Source: Synechocystis sp. PCC 6803 substr. PCC-P
GTDB taxonomy: Bacteria > Cyanobacteriota > Cyanobacteriia > Cyanobacteriales > Microcystaceae
DNA length: 32,000 nt
Assembly (NCBI RefSeq): GCF_000284455.1
Contig: NC_017039.1
Coordinates: 750,001-782,000, forward strand
Direction: 5' to 3'
This document shows, one piece after another, positions 26,163 to 32,000 of the stretch. The position numbers and the translations under genes were made by a program. Positions within the stretch are counted from its first letter, which is position 1; each line of letters starts with the position of its first letter. The notes beneath the pieces are model-generated. The model had not been told where the DNA came from. It saw only the letters and a program-made list of their open reading frames with translations, and ran no database searches.

Positions 26163-26443
26163 AATGCCGATTCGCTCTCAAGGCGATTTTCACGACGCAC
26201 TTCTCGCACTAATTCGCAAATTTCTTCCATGATTTCATCGGTAAGTTCCTCACCATTACGCCGTAAACTATGCTCCCACTTTTCCCAATCAAAAGCAGGA
26301 ACTCGTTTTAGCTCAATTTTGTCTTCGTGAACTGTAATCTTGTAGCTTTCACCAGGAACTAGTTTGGCTTTAATTTCCGGGGGAAGATCTAGGGTCTGTT
26401 CTGCAGTAACAGTAGCGGTGAGAACTTGCTCGATGGTGCTCAT
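26159..26443 (-). CDS. AbrB/SpoVT-type antitoxin (VapB-like)
   Basis: 94 aa. The N-terminal looped-hinge-like segment is LDLPPEIKAKLVPGESYKITVHEDKIELKRV, followed by an acidic C-terminal half. It has a 4-nt overlap with the PIN gene. Confidence 0.6.
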   Translation of the reverse strand: MSTIEQVLTATVTAEQTLDLPPEIKAKLVPGESYKITVHEDKIELKRVPAFDWEKWEHSLRRNGEELTDEIMEEICELVREVRRENRLESESAL

Positions 26444-26651
26444 GGTCTGGAAGGAAAAGCAAAGATTGCCACTACCATCATAGGTTACCCAGCCCAGACA
26501 AAAGTTTAATGCTTGACCTGCCAGAACTACAATGGCTTTTGGTAAATGTTGACCGAGTGCCCAAATTCCTCTGCCATTAGAGCAATGTCAATGCACCCGG
26601 CCATGGTTTGTTTGCGAAAAATCTCAGAAATTTTCGCTACCCCTTACCATT

Positions 26652-27038
26652 TTACTTTTTCAAATCCTTAGCCATCTGGCGGAACATGTCCAAACTATTG
26701 TCGTTGGAACGGCGATCGTTGTTGGCCGGGGTAGAGTTGGCCTGGGATGGGGCGGAATCCATTTTGGTACTGGGGGCCGGTTGACCATTAGCCTGGATTT
26801 TTTTCACCTCCATGGCAGAAATCTCCTTGACCACTTCCCCTCCCTGGGAGTTGAGAGTTTTAGGAAAACTCCGTTTAATTTTGATGGGAGTCCGCATGTA
26901 TTCGGCATTGCCCAAGCTTTTGGCATCGTCGCTTTCAAGAAAAAATGCCTCTTTTTTTTCTGGCTGAGGACTGGGGTTGGCTTCAATATCTTCGACGTAC
27001 TGTGCCTTTTTACCAAATAAGCCAAATAATCCGGCCAT
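26652..27038 (-). CDS. Small hypothetical protein, predicted largely disordered, with an amphipathic N-terminus MAGLFGLFGKK
   Basis: 128-aa ORF with AGGAG 9 nt upstream of the ATG. The composition is low in hydrophobic residues and rich in S/N/P/K/E. I recognise no domain. Confidence 0.55.
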   Translation of the reverse strand: MAGLFGLFGKKAQYVEDIEANPSPQPEKKEAFFLESDDAKSLGNAEYMRTPIKIKRSFPKTLNSQGGEVVKEISAMEVKKIQANGQPAPSTKMDSAPSQANSTPANNDRRSNDNSLDMFRQMAKDLKK

Positions 27039-27057
27039 TGATCGTTGCTCCTGGGAT

Positions 27058-27096
27058 AATTGTTAAAATTTATTGCGAATTGTTAAATTTTAACAA
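27058..27096 (-). promoter_or_regulatory. Candidate promoter/operator of the 26652-27038 gene: direct repeats plus a perfect palindrome
   Basis: AATTGTTAAA occurs twice 20 bp apart (27058 and 27078). The palindrome TTGTTAAA-T-TTTAACAA spans 27080-27096. In gene orientation, TTGTTA (27096-27091) is followed by 18 bp and then TAAATT (27072-27067). Confidence 0.3.
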
Positions 27097-27166
27097 CTTT
27101 TGACCAGGCGACAATGGCCTTTACCTTAGTCTGCGTTGGTTTGCAGGTTTTGGCCCTAGGCAACAA

Positions 27167-29512
27167 CTAGAAAATTACCGCCCCTCCCTCATCATCATCG
27201 CCATCTTCCATGGCATCCCAATCCATGGTGTCTTGTTCCTCCCGCTCGTCCCCATCTTCGTCATCATCATCAAAATCCATATTGGCGGAGTCTTTGGGGG
27301 CATTATTAACCGCTCCAAGGTCAATTTGTTGACGGTAATAGTCCACACTGCGCACCTGTACGTCCACCTCATTGCCTAAGCGGTAAGAAGTACGACTTTT
27401 ACGACCCACTAGGGCGCATTGGCGACTGCGGAACTCGTACCAGTCATCTTTGAGGGAACTAACATGGACGAGGCCTTCAGCCAGCAGGTCGAAAATTTGC
27501 ACGAAGAAGCCATAGGACTGGACTCCAGTGATTAAGCCCCGGAAGATTTCCCCGGTGCGGGCTTTCATTTTTTCAGCTTTTTTCAGCCCCAATAGATCTT
27601 TTTCGGCATCTTCGGCAGTTTGTTCCCGGTCATTGAGTCCCAACACCAACTGGTGCAAATCCCCTTCAATGGTTTCTTGGAGGTTGGGGGGCAACACATT
27701 CCAGCTAATTTGGTTACGGCAGGTGTGGGCATTGAGCTCTACCCCGGTTTTCATTTGTTTGGTCCGGCGATCGCGCCCCTCTGTTAAGACGAGTTTCAGC
27801 AATCGTTGTATTACTAAATCCCCATACCGTTGGGCCGGAGAAACACAGTGGGTATAACCGGAATCATAGGCAAGGGCAAAGTGGGGAGCGGGATGGCTAA
27901 AATACTTTTCGATTTTGAGAGTATTAGCCAGCAAATGGTTCAACACCGCTTTAGCTGGCAGGGATTCAAATGCTTGGCTGAGGTGATGGTAATGCTGGGG
28001 AATAATGTCCCCTTCTAGGTCAATTTTTACGCCTAAATCGAGGTTTTCCGCTAATTTAACAATGTCCGTTAGATCTTCAGCTTCCGGTGCGACCTGGCCA
28101 CAGTAGAGACCAGGTATGCCCAGGGCTTGCAGTTGGAGAGCTACTTCTCGCTGCAACACCACCATCAATTCTGCTAACAAACTACGAATGGGCAGGGTTT
28201 CTTGGGTCATGATCACCCCCAAACGACCCTCATCCAGGCGGGGGGAAGCGGTTTCTGTTTGGAGGTTAAAACTCCCCCGCTGTAGCCGTTGGGATTTAAT
28301 CAGGGGGCAAATTTGGAAAAATAATTCCTGGAGCAGGCCGCCGTAGGGTTTCAACTCGCCACTTACGGATTCAATGTCCGCCAAGGCTGTTTGCACTTCG
28401 CTGAAGTCTAGTTGGTGATCGACTTTGACCACACTGCTGTGGTATTCAAACCCTGTTACTTCCCCCCGGTCATCCACTGTGAGAAAGAAGGATAGGGCCA
28501 GACGATCTTCGTCGGGAATGAGAGAACAGCGCCCGATCAAACCTTCGGGGAACAGGGGGCAAATCTGTTCTTCTAGGTACACGGTGGTGCCCCGTTTACG
28601 GGCTAACTGGTCCAACAGACTATCTTCGGCAATGTAGTGGGCAATGTCGGTGATGTGAATGCCTACTTGCCATTGGTTTGCTTGGCTTTCTAAGCTCAGG
28701 GCCACCTCTTGCCAGGGTAACGTTTCCCCCCGGGGACCATCGCCAAAGGTAACTAACTGGAGCTTGCGATAATCCTGCCTTTTTTTCAGTTCCCCTGGTT
28801 CAATCACTTTGGGCAAACTTTGCAGAGCTTCGATGGCTTCGGGAGTCCAACCTAGGGGCAAATCATGTTTACAGGAAACGATATCGGTGTCGGCGGCGGC
28901 TTCAGCGTCACTGCCTAACACTTTAGTAACTTCGCCTAGGGGCGGGTGCTGGGCAATGGGATAACGGAGAACGGAAACATGAACGAGATGATCTACCGCT
29001 TCTCCGAGGTTTTGCTCCTTATCCTGAAGTTCCAGCTCAAATAGCAGGCGGTCATCTAGCGGCACAGCCCGGTAATTATCTTCGCTTTTTTTCACCTGCG
29101 CTAACAGGGAAGGATTGGCTCGGTCGAGAATGAGATGGACTGCTCCTTCGGGGGACTTGCGGCGGGTACCGTCCTTAATCACTTTGACCAAAACCCGATC
29201 GCCGTTCCAGGCATTGCTGAGATTCCCTTCCCGGACGTAAATATCGGTGGCATCTTCATCGTCTTGGATGGCAAAACAAAAACCCTTACTGGAACAACGC
29301 AGCCGGGCTTCCACCACATCTTCCCTGGTCACCCGCTTATATTTACCCCTTTCTTTGACTAGTACCCCCATTTTTTCCAGGGCATCGAGGGCAATCTGTA
29401 GGGCTTCTATGGCCTCAGGACTCTCACAACCTAGTTTTTTTTCGAGAAACTTACCCGCTACTAATTTGTCGTCAACAAAATAGGACAAAAGTGTGGCGAT
29501 CGAATAATCCAT
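27167..29512 (-). CDS. zam: RNase II/R-family protein (cold-shock-like N-terminal domains, RNB, S1) with an acidic C-terminal tail
   Basis: RNB motifs: ICPLFPEGLIGRCSLIPDEDRLALS and HFALAYDSGYTHCVSPAQRYGDLVIQR. S1 domain: GEIFRGLITGVQSYGFFVQIFDLLAEGLVHVSSL. The tail is DFDDDDEDGDEREEQDTMDWDAMEDGDDDEGG. From locus memory this is sll1910. Confidence 0.85.
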   Translation of the reverse strand: MDYSIATLLSYFVDDKLVAGKFLEKKLGCESPEAIEALQIALDALEKMGVLVKERGKYKRVTREDVVEARLRCSSKGFCFAIQDDEDATDIYVREGNLSNAWNGDRVLVKVIKDGTRRKSPEGAVHLILDRANPSLLAQVKKSEDNYRAVPLDDRLLFELELQDKEQNLGEAVDHLVHVSVLRYPIAQHPPLGEVTKVLGSDAEAAADTDIVSCKHDLPLGWTPEAIEALQSLPKVIEPGELKKRQDYRKLQLVTFGDGPRGETLPWQEVALSLESQANQWQVGIHITDIAHYIAEDSLLDQLARKRGTTVYLEEQICPLFPEGLIGRCSLIPDEDRLALSFFLTVDDRGEVTGFEYHSSVVKVDHQLDFSEVQTALADIESVSGELKPYGGLLQELFFQICPLIKSQRLQRGSFNLQTETASPRLDEGRLGVIMTQETLPIRSLLAELMVVLQREVALQLQALGIPGLYCGQVAPEAEDLTDIVKLAENLDLGVKIDLEGDIIPQHYHHLSQAFESLPAKAVLNHLLANTLKIEKYFSHPAPHFALAYDSGYTHCVSPAQRYGDLVIQRLLKLVLTEGRDRRTKQMKTGVELNAHTCRNQISWNVLPPNLQETIEGDLHQLVLGLNDREQTAEDAEKDLLGLKKAEKMKARTGEIFRGLITGVQSYGFFVQIFDLLAEGLVHVSSLKDDWYEFRSRQCALVGRKSRTSYRLGNEVDVQVRSVDYYRQQIDLGAVNNAPKDSANMDFDDDDEDGDEREEQDTMDWDAMEDGDDDEGGAVIF

Positions 29513-30193
29513 GAAACTGAATCCTGAGGTGGGCTTACGGGGTGAAGGGAAGCGTTAGAATTGTCGAGGTTTGCCATTGACCATGAAGTTTGTAATGGAA
29601 ATCCGCCCTCAGTAAAGTACTGAACTATGTCAACTGCAGGTGTACAGATGTTTTGGCGCGGTGTTCCCCCTCCACCAATCCCTGGAAAGTGGGTGAGCCA
29701 TGGCAGAGGGCAAATAAACTAGTATTAAAGGCAATGCACCAATGGAAGCAAATCCGACGGTGACAATCCATAACAACCCTTGATTGTATCAAAGAGAACG
29801 TCACCTTTGTGGTTAGGGTCCGTGGGCAAAGTTCTAATCTGCGCCCTCAATGGGAACTTTGATCTCTTTTTTCCCTAAACTTGGGGAGAGAGACAGGGAA
29901 AAAAGTTTATTAGTGTGAATTTTCCAAGTGTGGATATTGTAAACCCTGACCATGGCGGCGTAGAAAAGCTTTGGCTAGAGAGAGAGCGAAGTCCTGGTCA
30001 CACTACATTACCGGACAAACTTTCCTAGGCGATCGCCTTTTGCCCCGGCCGGACAGCCGTTAAAACCATGCACTCCATGGGTCAAGGTAGAATGGGCCAG
30101 GATAAGTAATCCATTGAACTAACGCGATCTTCGTAATTCTCGATAACTTTTTTACCCATCAAACCACCGCCTTGCCCCCTTGCCCCATAAGTC

Positions 30194-31549
30194 ATGAGTG
30201 AAGTTTCTCTGCGTCCCGCCAAAATTAGTACTGTATTGCCGGGGTCCCTGGGGGAAGAAATGGGCTTTGAGCCGGGGGATGCCATTGTGCGTATTAATGG
30301 TCAGGCACCGAGAGATTTGATTGATTATCAATTTCTCTGCGCTGACGATTATTTGGAATTGGACGTATTGGACAGTCAGGGAGAATTACATGAACTGGCG
30401 GTAGAAAAGGAATTCGATCAGGATTTGGGACTGGGGTTTGAAACGGCCCTATTCGACGGGCTGATCCAGTGCAATAACCGTTGTCCCTTTTGTTTCATCG
30501 ACCAACAACCGCCGGGGAAACGGGAGAGTTTGTATTACAAAGATGATGACTATCGCCTGAGTTTTCTCTACGGCAGTTATCTCACTTTGACTAATTTGAG
30601 TGCCAAGGAATGGCAACGCATAGAACAGTTAAGGCTTTCTCCCCTCTACGTTTCCATCCATGCCACGGAAGCATCGGTGCGGGAAAGATTGTTAAAAAAT
30701 CATCGGGCCGGTCAGATTCTTGACCAGTTGGCTTGGTTCCAAGCTAGAAGATTACAGATCCACGCCCAGGTGGTGGTTTGTCCTGGTGTTAATGATGGTA
30801 AGCACTTAGAGCAAACTTTGAGGGACTTAGCCCAGTTTCACCAAGGGGAAACCCCAGCGGTGATTTCAGTGGCGGTGGTGCCGGTGGGTCTAACCCGTTT
30901 TCGTCCCCAGGAAGATGAGTTAAGCCCCGTTGGTCAAGCTAAAGCCACGGAGGTAATTGCCCAGGTTCAAGCTTTGCAAAAGGAATTTGCCCAGCAACTA
31001 GGTGGTAACTTTGTTTGGTTGGCCGATGAATGGTTTCTCATTGCCCGTCAACCTTTGCCACCGGAAAGCCATTACGAAGACTATCCCCAAATTGGCAACG
31101 GGGTAGGGTCTATCCGTCAATTCATTAAGGAGTTTCAACAACAAGCTGCGGAATTTCTCCCCCCGGCGATCGCCGAAGCCAAGACGTTGACCTGGGTAGT
31201 GGGCAATGCTGTAGAACAAGCGTTTGAGCTACTGGTGGAACAGTTAAATCAGGTAAAGGGTTTAACAGTTAATTTAGCGCCCTTAAACAGTGACTATTGG
31301 GGTCAGGAAATTACGGTGACGGGACTATTGACGGGGCAGGATTTAATCGCTAAATTGGCAGGCAGAGATTTAGGGGATGGTATTCTATTGCCTGCTCTGA
31401 TGTTGAAACATGATGATACTCGCTTCTTGGATGACCTCCGGGTGGCCGATGTGGCTCAAAAGTTGGGCACAACCATTTACCCTGTGGCTGATGTGGCCAG
31501 TTTGTTGGAACATTGTGTTCAGCCCATGGCTGTCTCCCGCCATTGCTAA
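30194..31549 (+). CDS. PDZ-domain / radical-SAM-like DUF512 protein
   Basis: The N-terminal PDZ-like segment is VLPGSLGEEMGFEPGDAIVRINGQ, followed by a CNNRCPFCF CxxxCxxC cluster and a long DUF512-like C-terminal region. Confidence 0.7.
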   Translation: MSEVSLRPAKISTVLPGSLGEEMGFEPGDAIVRINGQAPRDLIDYQFLCADDYLELDVLDSQGELHELAVEKEFDQDLGLGFETALFDGLIQCNNRCPFCFIDQQPPGKRESLYYKDDDYRLSFLYGSYLTLTNLSAKEWQRIEQLRLSPLYVSIHATEASVRERLLKNHRAGQILDQLAWFQARRLQIHAQVVVCPGVNDGKHLEQTLRDLAQFHQGETPAVISVAVVPVGLTRFRPQEDELSPVGQAKATEVIAQVQALQKEFAQQLGGNFVWLADEWFLIARQPLPPESHYEDYPQIGNGVGSIRQFIKEFQQQAAEFLPPAIAEAKTLTWVVGNAVEQAFELLVEQLNQVKGLTVNLAPLNSDYWGQEITVTGLLTGQDLIAKLAGRDLGDGILLPALMLKHDDTRFLDDLRVADVAQKLGTTIYPVADVASLLEHCVQPMAVSRHC

Positions 31550-31820
31550 AAAACCCCGTTAATTTTTCTTACCCATGGGGAAGTTTGCTGGTTCAATAGG
31601 CCGAGTTGTAGTCGGCAGTCTATCTTGAGAACAATTGTTTTTACATGACAGATAGTGGGCTAAGAATAACTTTGCTCAAACCATTTGGTAAAACTGCTCA
31701 ATGGACGAGCCGATTTTCACCCCGGCTTTAAACGTCATGCACCAATCTCTGATTTACTGGTTTATTCATCTATCAATTCCATAGGCTTTTTGCTTCATCG
31801 CTCCAACTAACTTTTCTGGG

Positions 31821-32000
31821 ATGTCCTCCATGCCCCCCGTGCCTAGCTTACCGTCCACCGATGCCGTTATTCCCCCCGGCAATTTTGTTGAACCTCCCAC
31901 TTCTCCGGTGGTCATTCTCAAGGAGTTGGTGGCTAAGTTGTACCGGGAACAAAATAAAGTGCAGGATCTGTTGGGGGCCATGGGCTACGCCCTGCGGAGT
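31821..32000 (+). CDS. 5' end of a CDS running off the window (60 codons); probably slr2031 from locus memory
   Basis: The ATG at 31821 follows an in-frame TAG at 31782. The frame is open to base 32000 (MSSMPPVPSLPSTDAVIPPGNFVEPPTSPVVILKELVAKLYREQNKVQDLLGAMGYALRS). The listed antisense ORF 31766-31981 is its mirror image. Confidence 0.55.
   Translation, partial: MSSMPPVPSLPSTDAVIPPGNFVEPPTSPVVILKELVAKLYREQNKVQDLLGAMGYALRS

Noticed and set aside
30082-30285. 67-aa minus-strand ORF overlapping the start of the DUF512 gene
   Set aside because: It is antisense to a well-supported PDZ-coding 5' end, and nothing in its product is recognisable.
31766-31981. 71-aa minus-strand ORF at the right edge
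   Set aside because: The plus strand has an ATG-initiated frame open to the window end with a more protein-like sequence. The minus ORF is its mirror image.
1-32000. CRISPR arrays, IS elements with transposase genes, prophage or integrase signatures
   Set aside because: I saw no regularly spaced direct repeats and no transposase- or integrase-like ORFs. The only mobile-element-like sequences are the two MITE-like copies.

Overview
This window is chromosomal DNA from a unicellular cyanobacterium. It matches my memory of the Synechocystis sp. PCC 6803 region slr2009-slr2031 / sll1910-sll1924, and by eye I count 33 perfect HIP1 octamers (GCGATCGC). It is gene-dense, with about 30 CDS and no rRNA, tRNA or CRISPR array that I can see. 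Left to right: the distal part of an Mrp-type cation/proton antiporter operon (D-E-F-G-DUF4040-B, chained by ATGA overlaps); a MITE-like repeat; a DUF58 protein; the CRP-family regulator SyCRP2, divergent from the minor-pilin operon pilA9-pilA10-pilA11-slr2018-slr2019 (ABC exporter); a convergent orphan protein with two GspE-N/MshEN-like modules; the copper ATPase pacS; fabD; a CheY-like receiver with a coiled coil plus a YbjN-like protein; hemN2(HemW-like)-nadD-VOC; folP; an ArnT/PMT-like glycosyltransferase; an FAD oxidoreductase; a PIN/AbrB toxin-antitoxin pair; a small disordered protein; the RNase II-family protein Zam; a PDZ/radical-SAM DUF512 protein; and the 5' end of one more gene. 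Four leads stand out. (1) The minor-pilin operon reads as a complete H-I-J-K-like tip set ending in a 799-aa protein without Glu5, and it lies in a 5.4-kb HIP1-free, AT-richer stretch. (2) The tandem MshEN-like protein next to that operon is a candidate c-di-GMP receptor. (3) The Zam RNB domain appears to have lost the catalytic Asp cluster. (4) A 680-bp unannotated gap lies upstream of zam. All domain calls come from motif recognition by eye; no searches were run.
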